Assembly (NCBI GenBank): GCA_964016885.1
Contig: OZ024740.1
Span: 367,102,001 to 367,166,000, forward strand
Direction: 5' to 3'
Length of the DNA stretch: 64,000 bases
Source of the DNA: Eledone cirrhosa
Lineage: Eukaryota
The notes under the pieces were generated by a model, which saw nothing but the letters and a program-made list of their open reading frames with translations, was not told the DNA's origin and made no database searches. This document shows, piece after piece, positions 26,290 through 40,733 of this stretch. The translations under genes were made by a program, and so were the position numbers. Position 1 is the first letter of the stretch, and every line of letters begins with the position of its first letter.

Positions 26290-28030
26290 GGATTGCAAAA
26301 GCCTATCCTTCAAATGAGAGCTACCATACCGGTTGTCAGTCCAAAATATACTACTTTGGTTATATATATTACTCTCACTTAGAAACTCTATGACAATAAG
26401 GCCATGCTTGAGATTTTACTGATAAGCATACAGCTTTCCATTTGCTGATTTGTTTCTATAGCATACCTAGTATGATACCGACGGAACTGTGATGCCATTA
26501 ATAGATATGCTGCTAGAATAGCTACTAGATTTCCCTCATCTTATAATGATATAGGAGCAATTATAAGGGTCAAACTCCATACCTAAATCTTTCGAGAATG
26601 TCGTAACCAGATCCAAGATTTTCTTCAAACCACATGATGTCCCTGGATATGTCACTTTGGTCATCATTCAAGGAGTACTTTTTAAAAAAGCTCCGTCCAA
26701 CTCTCATGATGTTAACTGTCTTTTGTAGACAGATTTGTTCTGTGGATGAGCTTCAAGACTTGGTGGTTAGTAGATGTTATCAAAGGCATACTATGCAAAC
26801 ACACTGTCGGGCACAGATTTATAGCACACAAGGGGTTCCAGGTATTATATACGCTAGTTACACTTCCCTGTTACAAATTCCTTTATATGATATATTTTCA
26901 TCAATCTCTAAGTATCATTCCACGTGAGATACCACCGAAACAGTCATGCCGTTGATAGAGATATTGCTAGACTGGATGGTAGTTTTCCCTCGACTAACAA
27001 TCGTATATGAGTATTTGTGGGGATCAAACTTCATCCCTATATCTTTTATGAATGTCGGAACTAGATAAAGGATTTACTTCATACCATTTATATTCTTAGT
27101 ATACATTTCTACACAGAAGCTGTGTATAAGGTTAGTGTGTCTGGCTTCCTATTAGCCAATTATTTACCTTTCATATTCCTTTGCATAAAAGACAAGGAGT
27201 TTACTGATAGAATGAATAGCATCACAGAGATACCGTATTCTGTCAATGATTATATAGTCCTTCTCTGCATGTAATTGCAGGACAGAGATCTAAGAAGATA
27301 TGTTTTCTATGTCCCTAATTATTGTATCTGGGACTTATTGAATGGCTTGTAACATCGAAAGGTGGGAATCAATGCATGTTTGTAATCTATTCAGACTGTA
27401 TCGAATTTCTTGCTATGTCGCTGTTCCTCTGACATCACAGTTTTGTTAATTAAGACATTCAGCCCGTTCCGAAACACCTTTCTATTCGGCTGCTTGCCCC
27501 TCTGTGATGATATTGTTATTGTTACAGTGGTCATGCAAGAATATATTCAGACAGGTAGTGTATAGTGATATCGGTCAGTAGTCCTTTTTTGCCAAGCAAG
27601 CTTCTTTATTCTTTGTGGACCAATCCTTTCTCTGCTTGGTATATGTATATCTTTTTTGAGAGATTGCATGCGGAGGCTGATAAGATACCCCCAGCAGAGA
27701 GTAAATTTCAAGTACTAATAGCAGACAATGCAGTCTCTTCCTGGTACTTTCTAAACACGAAGTTTTCCTATCACAGTATCGAGGATACTGTTTAATTTTG
27801 GTGAAATGCAGGGATAATAGTTCCTTCGGATTTCTTTCAGCCACATAGAATCTTGCTTAAAATTCTTTTCTTTACTCCATGTTTTTCTCCAGAAATAATC
27901 TTTGTCTTTCTGGGATGATGGCTCAGTGGCATTTAATCCTCATACTTCTATAAACCGAGGATAGGCATCAACGAAATATTTAAAAACTATTTTTCTGTCA
28001 ACTACTCTATTCTGATACCAGAGCTTTGAC
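26290..28030 (-). pseudogene. heavily decayed Dong/R4 reverse transcriptase remnants (two overlapping copies)
   Basis: Minus-strand pieces *KVPGRDCIVCY*YLKF, IITEGQAAE*KG...LINKTVMSE...*IDYKHA, SVMLFILSVNSLSF, KDIGMKFD. 26470-26635 and 26925-27085 are mutually homologous. Confidence 0.6.
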
Positions 28031-28533
28031 AACTTTTAACTTGTTTGAGGGTAATCAATCTATATTCGAGACTTCTTTCATTACTATCACTAAGCGTCGT
28101 TTCTATTTTATATTTCAGTCTTTGTAGTTGAGTGCGGTGTAGTTGAGCGCGCAAAGTCTGTTTATCTGGTTTTTGTTTAATATCGTCAGGTTCTGTCTGT
28201 TAACTGCAGTTTTAAATATAAATAAAGCTAGTTTTGAAACATTTCACTATGTAGACATTTCATTGTTTGCAAGCTTCACCTTTTCCAGCTAGCAGTACAC
28301 TTATCATGGGCAGCATTTTGATGTTCATAGTTATCTTGACTACTGGATAACATAATAGTCAGAGTAAAATTTGCTGTGACACGTGATGCTAAATCTATTT
28401 TAAGAGAATAATACTGTGTGGTTGTTTGATGTTGATGGTCAGCCTGACTGCAGTAAAGAAGTAGCAGGAGGGCTGATTGTTGTATGTGTTGATTGCATGT
28501 CTGACCAAGAAGAATGTTCGTATTATATTATTA

Positions 28534-28722
28534 ACGGTGGATTGGCAGTACCGGTAGAAGGTCGAACTCCATGCTTTGCAGCATAGAGTTACGTACCTTT
28601 ACTGACTGAGTTGAAATTCCGCCGAGGTTAACTTTGTCTTTCATCCTGACAGGGTCGATAAAATAAAGTACCAGTAATGTACTGGTGAATTGCTGGCCTT
28701 GTGCCAAAAGTAGAAACAATTA
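28534..28722 (+). mobile_element. SINE family A
   Basis: Near full-length homologue of 6455-6643. Confidence 0.88.
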
Positions 28723-29339
28723 TATTATTATTTGTGGAGATGTCACATTTTTGGGTATGAACTTATACCCATCATTGTTTTGATTCATATTATCTTCACG
28801 TTCGATAAGCGTTGCTTATTGGTGCAATTGATTTGCTGTGAAATTATTTTGACTTTAGTGAACTTCATCCCTGTTTAACTTTATTCAGTGCATGCTGCCA
28901 ACAGAGGGATCTCTCCTTAACATTTCCCAACAATTAAATATATCATTATTTTGTTCGTAACTCCAAGAAAAAAAAATATAGTTTCAGTTTCTTCTGTAGG
29001 AAAAACTAAAAAAATTGCTTATCTTTCCCGAAGTTGCTTTTCCTTGATTCTTCACGAGTGTTGTTGATGTTGCAGTGTTCATCTATGCTGTTTGTAGTAA
29101 ATTTTCGTATGGTAATTGTAATTTTAAGAGGAATATCTCAAGAATTTTCAATAGAAAGTGTCTTCAATGAATGTGATTAGAAGAATATCCTGTTATCTAA
29201 CACGTCTGGTAGTTGTAGCATTACTGTCGGAGATAGTCTTTACTTAACATGTAATGAATAATCTCCCACGCTATATGTGTGTCTTTTCGTGTCAAAAATG
29301 TGTAAATGTGTAAATATGTATTTACATATGTATGTATAT

Positions 29340-30045
29340 GCGCGGGGACAGAAATAATAGAGCTGGATACCCGATCACATGGTTAATCCACTGGGAGTGA
29401 AGGACCCTAGTCTTTGTCAGAGCATTGATCTAGGAGAAGGCAACTCAGGAAACAGGGATAACTCCTGCGGCTCAGTAGTTACCGATGATGTTGATCTTTT
29501 CTTCTTTTCTGGTTATAGCTACTGTCGCTCAGAGAGGGGGACTGGCTCAATGCACAGTTTTTCTTCACTTTAAAAAAATCTTCACGCACAGGCATTGAAC
29601 GATAGAATTAATTAATAATTATTAATAGTGTTATGTCATGCAATGGCCATACTCGATAACGAGGGGGCAGCCATCATGTATGTATGTATGTATGTATGTA
29701 TGTATGTATGTATGTATGTATGTATGTATGTATTGGTAAATATCATTTTGGTTAAGAGAGTGGGACTGGCTTTGTGCAGTGCCTTTGTTCACTATAAAAG
29801 CTTCACGGCACAGGCATTGCTTTATATCTGGAGATCTCTCTGCACTTGTCGTCACATGGTACCATGGGCCCAGCACTATGTGTCAATAATTGTCACAAGT
29901 GTAGTGTTTGTACCAGAGTTTTCAAGTCACTGGCTGGACTAAAAATTCACACTCGTTCAGCGCATCGGTAGGGATTCTCCTACATGGATATAAAGTAGTG
30001 GCCGTACTCGAAAAAGAGTTGGCAGCTACCATGTATGTATGTATG
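29340..30045 (+). mobile_element. two adjacent non-coding, RTE-like non-autonomous retroelement copies with (TATG)n tails
   Basis: CTAGGAGAAGGCAACTC motif, reminiscent of RTE 5' UTRs. Shared 3' end GGCC.TACTCGA.AA.GAG..GGCAGC then (TATG)n. Homologues at 51130-51610 and 60041-60526. Confidence 0.55.
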
Positions 30046-30117
30046 TGTGTGTGTTTGTGCGTGTGTATGCATGTGTTTGCGTGAGTGAGTGTATGATTGC
30101 GTGCGTGCGTACATATG

Positions 30118-30390
30118 TGTGGCTTAGTGGATAGAGTATTCGGCTCCCGATCATAAGGTCGTTGTGTCCTTGAATAAGACACTTTATTTCACGTATTTCC
30201 AGTTCACTCAGCTGGTAATTCAAGGGGCCAGCCTTGTCACACACTGCTCAGTGTGGATCGTCCCGAGAAGTACGTTATTTGTGAACGTGTCTGTAGAATG
30301 TTCAGTCACTTACACGTTAATTTTATTAGCAGACAATTCTGTTGGTGGAATCAGCTAGAACACTTGTCATCGGAATCGACGGAGGGTTAA
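30118..30390 (+). mobile_element. tRNA-derived SINE family B
   Basis: A-box GTGGCTTAGTGG and a TGTGTCCTTGAATAAGACACTT conserved-domain-like block. Decayed homologue on the minus strand at ~55015-55283. Confidence 0.7.
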
Positions 30391-31254
30391 CGACAATATG
30401 TATGAAGGATAATTTAAAAAAAATACGGTTATGAGAATACAAAGATTAACTTCACAGCTTGTTTTAGAAATATCCCCCAGACAATTATATTCCCTTATTA
30501 TTGGAAACGTAACAGACACGAGAGTTGTTTAGTTTATGTTACCCTAAAAACATCGGAGTCTTAATTAAAGCCTGCATACCTAGTTAATTGCGTGCTTTAC
30601 TTATTGCCCTTACATACACTCACATCCAATTACAAACAGACACACAGACACATTCACACACACTGACACGCACACACATGTATATATATATACATTAGGA
30701 ATCTTCTGTCTATCTAGAAAGGCAGCACGAATTGACTTATCTGCAATACATACACACATACACACACACATACACACGCACACGCACACATATATATATA
30801 TATACCTTGCAATACCTTTGCAATATTCTTGATAAGAAATCCTGTGCTGAAACCGATATTTTTATATTTAGGATGGTCTTGTTGCCATTATTGCCGTTAA
30901 AAAAAAACAGACGCACTATATGTTTTACCCTTTTCATTTTATCTTTATCACTAGTTATTCCTTAATTCGCTAGAATTCTTTCGCCACACATACTGTGACC
31001 TCCACAATGACACAGAATGTGTGACGAAAGATCGTTGACAAACTAACAAAAACCAAGTGATAAAGATATAGTGAAAAAATGAACATCGTATGGTCCGTCT
31101 GTTTCTTTTTATTGGCAATACTGGCAACATGACTATCACCAAATATAACAATATTTTTAATGCCTGACTGAATACGCCCGTGTGTTTTTTTTCTCCTTTC
31201 TGTTCCTTCTTCTTTTTACCTATTATCTTTTTATTTCATCTTCTATTTCTCCTT

Positions 31255-31296
31255 CTATCCTCTGATGAAGTACTAGTGTCCGAAACGTCAGAACTT
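31255..31296 (+). ncRNA. degenerate minimal hammerhead motif (PLE pseudo-LTR type)
   Basis: CTGATGA-AGTACTAGTGTCC-GAAAC-GTC. Stems I and II are weak. Confidence 0.4.
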
Positions 31297-31406
31297 CTAT
31301 TATTTCAAGCATTAAACTAATACATTACTTCATAGGAAAGTGTCGTTTACTGCGTTATTTCTATTTACTTTTTGCACACACACACATACACGCGCGCACA
31401 CACGCG

Positions 31407-31525
<119 letters not shown>

Positions 31526-32465
31526 TTACACAAGAGTACCTGAACACACCGATCACGCACCGATTCACGTACGCGTGTGCAAGCGTGTACACACAGAAAC
31601 ACACAGCATTTTATCGAATGATTGCTTTTAGCTGGCATGGAGCTGGAATAATGAATCTGTAAAATCTTGAATAATATCGTAATAATAAATATGGAATTCT
31701 GTTCAATCTGCTCATTAGTCACACATTGAAATTATTTGCATGCGTTTTGCTTTTGTCAGTGTTGATTTATTTAACCTCAGCGAAGATCCAGAACAACTAT
31801 GATCGTTGACAATCATGTTTTTCGGGGAAGGAAGGATGAATTTAGGATTACGATATCCAAAGTATTCTATACTATTTGGAGACATTAGTTGCTACTTAAT
31901 AAGGATTTCGTTGCTATCTTTATCAGGTTGAGTTACTACGTAAACGTGTTTTATCGTAAATATTTTGCATTGATTCTTAGACAAATATTGTGATCTATAC
32001 TTTATTACCTTGTCGCAGATGACTTCTAAACTTTCCGGCAAACATGTGGCTATAACGATTATTTTGATGCTACATAACCTGTATAAAGGATGCCATGTAC
32101 TTCTGTATTTCTTCCTTGAATACCGCATTTGGTAGTGTTTGTGGATATTGGTTTACAAGTGAGTAATTGTCATGTTACATAATATACATAACTCTCAATC
32201 AACACAAGTAGTTTCACTGTAAATATGGATATCGTGGTGCTTTAATTCCCCACAGTAAACAAAGGAACAATAAAAGTCACTTCCATGAAGTATAATTAGC
32301 AACGCTTCCTGTTACTACAAATATATGATTCGATCTGGCAAAATTGACTTACCCGAGATACAAAGATGAACCCGAATCTCCTGACAGAGTTGTAGAGGCA
32401 TCGTAATGTCTTGTGCAATTTTTTAACCGGACAAAGCCCATTGCTTCTCCATGTCTGATGTCTTT

Positions 32466-32555
<90 letters not shown>

Positions 32556-32770
32556 ATTTTAGACCTATTTGCCACGTTTGCGAAAAGTCTTGGTGCCAAA
32601 GGAATATCAGGATTGTATTTGCATTACTATATTTCTGGCGCCTTACATTTTTTGCCCTACCATCTCCGATCATTTTTTGTTACCTTTTATTTTTCTCACG
32701 AGCTCTTTACCCATTTTCCTTTCATTAACTCATCACATACAGATATCTAGTTCTTCTGGTCACACCAGAG

Positions 32771-32823
<53 letters not shown>

Positions 32824-32853
32824 CATTATCGGAGAAAGCTTTTAGCGATACTC

Positions 32854-32919
<66 letters not shown>

Positions 32920-33017
32920 AATGAAGTAATTCCATCGGAAAGGTCCAGGAAAAAAGAGTGCTCTATGTAGGTTACAGAGCTTAATAGTTCTGTAATAAAC
33001 AACATAAGGCAATTATT

Positions 33018-33074
33018 TCATTTACCAGTGGTTTCTTGAAAGCAAACAAATTTTGCTTTCAATCATCAGAATGA
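33018..33074 (-). ncRNA. type I hammerhead ribozyme with intact core
   Basis: UCAUU-CUGAUGA-UUGAAAGCAAA(AUUUG)UUUGCUUUCAA-GAAA-CC(ACU)GG-UA-AAUGA: 5-bp stem I, 11-bp stem II, 3-bp stem III, GUA cleavage triplet. Confidence 0.88.
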
Positions 33075-33237
33075 GAAAAATCCTGGTGTATTTATTGACA
33101 TTGGATTTTAAAAACAAAAATATAATCTATATGAAAGTGAGGCTGGAAAATAAAGAAGAAAAGGAAAAATAAACACACATGCACACACAATTACATACAC
33201 ACACATATATACATACACATATATATACGTACATATG

Positions 33238-33278
<41 letters not shown>

Positions 33279-33395
33279 ACATACACATATACATACACGT
33301 ACAAATACACATACATATACATATTCATACATACACACATATATATCAACATATCCATACATACACATACACACAAATACACAAACACACACACA

Positions 33396-33565
<170 letters not shown>

Positions 33566-33754
33566 TATATATATATATATACATACACATAATCATACAT
33601 ATATACACAGGTACATACACACACATATATACACGCATACATACGCATACACAAATATAGATATATGTACACACACCTACATACGCACACACGCAATTAA
33701 TTATAAGAAAAAATATAATATAAAATACAGTCACATAAGAATAAAAATAACACA

Positions 33755-35811
33755 ACTTATACCAAACTGCTTATAGATAAAATCGAACAAGTTAAAAGAA
33801 TGAGATGGAAGGCAATGGTTTACGATGGACTATTCAGTGCTGATACTAATGATTGTTTGGACATAAAATCCCGTAAATACCCACCTAGAATTAAAGACAT
33901 GGCCAACTTCGAATTAGACCTTGTTAATTTAATTAGTGATATCAAATTTCGTAAGTACAATAATAATTTTCAAACTAAACTGTCTAACGATATTTCTAAT
34001 TTTAAAAATTCTACAAACACTTTTGTTCTTTCCGATAAAACTAAAAATCTCTTTGAAGTTAATAGAATTTTGTATAGCCAACTTTTAACTAATAGTATCA
34101 CCAACAAATATCAATTAACTAATAATAACACCTACAATACTATTAATAAAGAAGCTAAAGAACTAGCTAGTTCTTTAAAAATAGACAACCGGATTGAAAG
34201 CCTAGCTTAAATGTAAAACATATATTACCCTTAAACACCATAAATTAGACTTTACTAATCGACCTAGTTGTAAACTGATTAACCCGGCTAAATCAGAAGT
34301 TGGCCTTGCAAGTAAAAAAATCTTAAGAAAAATAATTCTCCAAATTAGAACTACGACTGACTTATCACAATGGTTAAATACATCCTCTGTTATTTCTTGA
34401 TTTAATAATATACAAGGTAAAAATAAGTTTAGATTTACCCAATTTGATATTGTTGATTTTTACCACTCTATTACCGTTTCCTTATTAACTAAAGCCTTAG
34501 ATTTTGCAAGAGCCTTCATTAATATTTCTAAATTAGAAGAAGACATTATCTTTCATGCTAGAAAAACTCTACTCTTTACTAATGAAAGTATTTGGGTTAA
34601 AAGGTCAAACTCTGAAAACTCTTTTGATGTTGCAATGGGTTCATATGACAGTGCGGATGTGTGTGACTTAGTAGGATTATTCATTCTCCACACCCTCAAA
34701 GAGAAATTTCCTTCCCATAATATCGGTTTATACCGTGACGACGGATTGGCAGTTTCTCATACCACCAACTGCCATAACCTTGATAAATTCCGTAAAGATT
34801 TAATCAATCCTTTTGTTAATCTTAACTTTAAAATTACTATAGATACGAACCTTACCAATGCTAACTTTCTTGACATTAATCTTGATCTACTTACTGCCTC
34901 TTTTAAACCTTATCATAAACCTAACGAAAATCTTAGATATATACACAAAGAGTCTTGCCACCCCCCTATAGTTTAACAAAATCTTATTCCCAACATTAGC
35001 CGTAGGATTTCTACCTTATCTTCGTCTCTAGACATTTTTAATAAAGCCGCCCCTTATTATAATAACAGCGGATTTACAGAAAACATTAATTATTTACCTA
35101 CTCCTCCTTCTAAAACTAACCACAATAATAGGAAAAGGAAAATTATTTGGTTTACAACCCCCTTCTCTATAACTGTCAAATCTAATGTAGGAAGGAATTC
35201 CTTGACCTCTTAGACAAACATTTTCCTCCTAATCATAGATATTATAAGATATTTAATAGAAATGTAGTTAAAATCAGTTACTCTTGCTGCCCATCAATGA
35301 GGTCTAAAATCACTAATTCTAATCGTACGAGAATAAATCCAGGATGCAGTTGCAGGAAGCCGGATGAATGCCCATTACAGGGCAAATGTAACACCAAATC
35401 CGTTGTATATGAGGCCAAAGTGACACCTTTAATTAACAACCAGCCAGGAGTGAACGATATCTTGGCATGACTCAGGACAGGTTTAAAACCAGGTTTTATG
35501 CACATGTCGCTTCTTTTAAACACTCCGATAAAAGAACAGCAACGGCCCTCGCAAATAAGGAGTGGGAATTCAAGGATAAAAACATCCCATACTCTATCGA
35601 TTGGTCTATGTTAGACCATTCGAGGGAGTACCAAAGGGGCTCAAAGAATTGTTCTTTGTGTACCACTGAAAAAATTAGGATTTTACAAAACTTGAAAGCC
35701 ACTTCAACTTGCCTGAACTCCAAGACCGAGATCTTCAGATGTTGTCCTCACCTGAAATCACATCTGATCTGTAACTGGATTGACATTCCTACGATGACTC
35801 AACCACCTTGA
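33755..35811 (+). pseudogene. PLE reverse transcriptase with C-terminal GIY-YIG endonuclease (Naiad-like; clade tentative), stops and frameshifts
   Basis: RMRWKA, SDKTKNLF, YITLK.HK...CKLINPAKSEVG, FDIVDFY.SI, MGSYDSADVCDLVGLF, GLYRDDGL, NFLDINLDL, HKESCHPP, CSCRKPDECPLQGKC...VVYEAKV, GMTQDRFKTRFY.H, CSLCTTEK. Confidence 0.9.
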
Positions 35812-36031
35812 ACTTCCCTGCTCTCTACGCCTTACATCCACTACGATTTTCTTACCTTCTGAACTCACTTTCTGTACTCTTATATTCTATTTCTCCCTTA
35901 TCTTCCCTTATATTTAAAACTTTTCCTATGTCATTTTTTTTCCATATTCCACCCTACTTTCTACCCTACCCTTTACATACCGACCTTTTTTATTTTCAGA
36001 TATTTATTTCTGTGTGTGTGTGTGTTGTGTA

Positions 36032-36510
<479 letters not shown>

Positions 36511-36549
36511 CTATATGTATGTATGTATATATGTGTGTATTTGTATGGT

Positions 36550-36610
<61 letters not shown>

Positions 36611-36763
36611 ATAAATGCTCTGAAATGGCGATATATATGTGAATATAGACATAGAATATTCGAAAATATTCTGTATGTTTATAATAAACATTTTGAAGAC
36701 CTAATCGCTATAGAATAGAATACGTCACGTATTACAATTAGATTCTCGATAAAAGCAAGGGAA

Positions 36764-36806
36764 GTAATCTACGCGTTTCATTCTTATTAGAAATCTTCAG
36801 GACCAC
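36764..36806 (-). ncRNA. minimal type I hammerhead in array unit (also at 37074-37116 and 37384-37426)
   Basis: Reverse complement of the motif described at 37826-37868. Confidence 0.8.
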
Positions 36807-37825
36807 ATATCCAGTGCTTTTATCGAGAATGACACAGCTAGAGACTTATAGAATACTTAGCTGTGTACAGGAACTGGTTTGAAAGAGCGGTTGCCGGTCC
36901 GGCAGAAATTAGAAATTGGAATAAATGCTCTGAAATAGCGATATATATGTGAATATAGACATAGAATATTCGAAAATATTCTGTATGTTTATAATAAACA
37001 TTTTGAAGACCTAATCGCTATAGAATAGAATACGTCACGTATTACAATTAGATTCTCGATAAAAGCAAGGGAAGTAATCTACGCGTTTCATTCTTATTAG
37101 AAATCTTCAGGACCACATATCCAGTGCTTTTATCGAGAATGACACAGCTAGAGACTTATAGAATACTTAGCTGTGTACAGGAACTGGTTTGAAAGAGCGG
37201 TTGCCGGTCCGGCAGAAATTAGAAATTGGAATAAATGCTCTGAAATAGCGATATATATGTGAATATAGACATAGAATATTCGAAAATATTCTGTATGTTT
37301 ATAATAAACATTTTGAAGACCTAATCGCTATAGAATAGAATACGTCACGTATTACAATTAGATTCTCGATAAAAGCAAGGGAAGTAATCTACGCGTTTCA
37401 TTCTTATTAGAAATCTTCAGGACCACATATCCAGTGCTTTTATCGAGAATGACACAGCTAGAGACTTATAGAATACTTAGCTGTGTACAGGAACTGGTTT
37501 GAAAGAGCGGTTGCCGGTCCGGCAGAAATTAGAAATAAGAATGAAACGCGTAGATTACTTCCCTTGCTTTTATCGAGAATCTAATTGTAATACGTGACGT
37601 ATTCTATTCTATAGCGATTAGGTCTTCAAAATGTTTATTATAAACATACAGAATATTTTCGAATATTCTATGTCTATATTCACATATATATCGCTATTTC
37701 AGAGCATTTATTCCAATTTCTAATTTCTGCCGGACCGGCAACCGCTCTTTCAAACCAGTTCCTGTACACAGCTAAGTATTCTATAAGTCTCTAGCTGTGT
37801 CATTCTCGATAAAAGCACTGGATAT

Positions 37826-37868
37826 GTGGTCCTGAAGATTTCTAATAAGAATGAAACGCGTAGATTAC
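37826..37868 (+). ncRNA. minimal type I hammerhead in array unit (six complete plus-strand copies; cores start at 37832, 38142, 38452, 38762, 39072, 39382)
   Basis: GUGGUC-CUGAAGA-U-UUCU(AAUA)AGAA-U-GAAAC-GC-GUA-GAUUAC. Stem I has 6 bp with two G-U pairs and is extended by a perfect 16-bp helix (37802-37817 with 37875-37890). Palindromic ACGCGU stem III. Predicted cleavage after A37862. Confidence 0.82.
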
Positions 37869-39543
37869 TTCCCTTGCTTTTATCGAGAATCTAATTGTAA
37901 TACGTGACGTATTCTATTCTATAGCGATTAGGTCTTCAAAATGTTTATTATAAACATACAGAATATTTTCGAATATTCTATGTCTATATTCACATATATA
38001 TCGCTATTTCAGAGCATTTATTCCAATTTCTAATTTCTGCCGGACCGGCAACCGCTCTTTCAAACCAGTTCCTGTACACAGCTAAGTATTCTATAAGTCT
38101 CTAGCTGTGTCATTCTCGATAAAAGCACTGGATATGTGGTCCTGAAGATTTCTAATAAGAATGAAACGCGTAGATTACTTCCCTTGCTTTTATCGAGAAT
38201 CTAATTGTAATACGTGACGTATTCTATTCTATAGCGATTAGGTCTTCAAAATGTTTATTATAAACATACAGAATATTTTCGAATATTCTATGTCTATATT
38301 CACATATATATCGCTATTTCAGAGCATTTATTCCAATTTCTAATTTCTGCCGGACCGGCAACCGCTCTTTCAAACCAGTTCCTGTACACAGCTAAGTATT
38401 CTATAAGTCTCTAGCTGTGTCATTCTCGATAAAAGCACTGGATATGTGGTCCTGAAGATTTCTAATAAGAATGAAACGCGTAGATTACTTCCCTTGCTTT
38501 TATCGAGAATCTAATTGTAATACGTGACGTATTCTATTCTATAGCGATTAGGTCTTCAAAATGTTTATTATAAACATACAGAATATTTTCGAATATTCTA
38601 TGTCTATATTCACATATATATCGCTATTTCAGAGCATTTATTCCAATTTCTAATTTCTGCCGGACCGGCAACCGCTCTTTCAAACCAGTTCCTGTACACA
38701 GCTAAGTATTCTATAAGTCTCTAGCTGTGTCATTCTCGATAAAAGCACTGGATATGTGGTCCTGAAGATTTCTAATAAGAATGAAACGCGTAGATTACTT
38801 CCCTTGCTTTTATCGAGAATCTAATTGTAATACGTGACGTATTCTATTCTATAGCGATTAGGTCTTCAAAATGTTTATTATAAACATACAGAATATTTTC
38901 GAATATTCTATGTCTATATTCACATATATATCGCTATTTCAGAGCATTTATTCCAATTTCTAATTTCTGCCGGACCGGCAACCGCTCTTTCAAACCAGTT
39001 CCTGTACACAGCTAAGTATTCTATAAGTCTCTAGCTGTGTCATTCTCGATAAAAGCACTGGATATGTGGTCCTGAAGATTTCTAATAAGAATGAAACGCG
39101 TAGATTACTTCCCTTGCTTTTATCGAGAATCTAATTGTAATACGTGACGTATTCTATTCTATAGCGATTAGGTCTTCAAAATGTTTATTATAAACATACA
39201 GAATATTTTCGAATATTCTATGTCTATATTCACATATATATCGCTATTTCAGAGCATTTATTCCAATTTCTAATTTCTGCCGGACCGGCAACCGCTCTTT
39301 CAAACCAGTTCCTGTACACAGCTAAGTATTCTATAAGTCTCTAGCTGTGTCATTCTCGATAAAAGCACTGGATATGTGGTCCTGAAGATTTCTAATAAGA
39401 ATGAAACGCGTAGATTACTTCCCTTGCTTTTATCGAGAATCTAATTGTAATACGTGACGTATTCTATTCTATAGCGATTAGGTCTTCAAAATGTTTATTA
39501 TAAACATACAGAATATTTTCGAATATTCTATGTCTATATTCAC

Positions 39544-39581
<38 letters not shown>

Positions 39582-39864
39582 GTATGTATATGCATAATTA
39601 CATACAGTGATTTAATGCTTATTTTCACTGATCATTTGCTCCAGGAACTTGTTGAGTGCTCTAAATCAGCTATGAACATTTATACCCTTTTCTAATTATT
39701 TATTTATTTATTGTTATACTTTGGGAGGGTCATGTTGCCAATAAGAAACACATGCAGCAGTTGCTTTCACTTCAATTTATTATAATAAATTTATAATAAA
39801 TTTATAAATTTATAAATTTCTGGTTGGTTGGTTGGTTCCACAACCAGATAGTTGTTTATATATT

Positions 39865-39907
39865 GTCATAGTTCTTTCGTCACACACTCTGTGACCTCTT
39901 CAGTGAC
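39865..39907 (-). ncRNA. minimal hammerhead in PLE pseudo-LTR
   Basis: GUCA-CUGAAGA-G-GUCACA(GAGUG)UGUGAC-GAAA-G(AA)C-UA-UGAC. Confidence 0.72.
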
Positions 39908-40106
39908 TGGGGATTCCTTTCTTTGTTTCTGTGCCTCTCCTTTGTTCTGTCCTACGCCATTTTGTTTCTGTGTGTGTGTTGTGTGCTCAGTCTGCGCATG
40001 CGCCACATCCGGGTGTCTGTGTGTGTTTATGTTCATTTATTTATTTGTTTATTTACATGTTACTGGTTGGTTGTTTGTTCTGTGTGTGTGTGTTTTCATT
40101 TTGTCC

Positions 40107-40733
40107 TTAATTGTAAGTTGTGATGTTGCTGTTCCACTCATATTTTCTATTTAATTTTGGTTGTAATTCTTTTATGTTTATTGCCTCTGTAATTTGTCTA
40201 AACATTGCGTCTTTTCTGTGTGTAGATTCTATTTTTATTTCTATTTTCTCTAATTTACCCTTGTGTTCTATTTTAGCATGTTGGTAGAGTACAGATGATT
40301 CTTTACTATCTTGAAGGTCTCGCCAGTGTTCATTTATCCGTTCTCCTACACTACGAGCTGTCTCACCTATGTACACTATATTTTTGTCGCTACATTGTCC
40401 TTCAGTACATCTTATGCTATACACTACATTTCTAGTTTTGCAGTTAATATGGGGTCTTATTTTACAGGTTATACATTTCTTATCTATACATGAGGGTCTT
40501 TGAAAAGGGTATGTCTTGCTAATAAGTGTTTTTACGGAGGTACCTGGTCTTTCTACTATCTTAATATTGAGTTTATGTTTGTTTAGGGCTCTTCTAAATT
40601 TGTAAGCTAATTCCCCTCTATGGTTTGTATCGATGAACATTACACTCTGGTATTTATTGCTATCATACCATGAGTTTATTCTATTAGCTTTGTTCCTAGT
40701 TCTTTCTATTCTATTCCAAAATTTGCTCCTATA
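40107..40733 (-). pseudogene. PLE linker and GIY-YIG endonuclease, open frame but 5'-truncated
   Basis: KIVERPGTSVK, C-x4-C-x2-C, CKTRNVVYSIRC, VYIGETARSVGERINEH, SVLYQHAKIEH, RQITEAINI, LNRKYEW. Confidence 0.9.

Larger units (their letters stand above)
36606..39549. mobile_element. 310-bp hammerhead-containing tandem array (retrozyme-like): 3 units in one orientation (36606-37535) and ~6.5 units inverted (37536-39549)
   Basis: TTGGAATAAATGC at 36606, 36916, 37226. TAAGAATGAAACGCG at 37536, 37846 and every 310 bp to 39396. Units look identical by eye except position 36627. No ORF. Flanked by (TA)n. Confidence 0.9.

Noticed and set aside
33755-35811. Selenocysteine read-through in the PLE ORF (reported for some Naiad elements)
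   Set aside because: The in-frame TGA near 34398 sits where Trp is expected, and there are TAA stops and frameshifts. Ordinary decay explains it.
36606-39549. CRISPR array or ordinary satellite
   Set aside because: No variable spacers and no cas genes, in a eukaryotic context. The per-unit hammerhead, low copy number and (TA)n-flanked inversion fit a retrotransposed RNA multimer better than a satellite.
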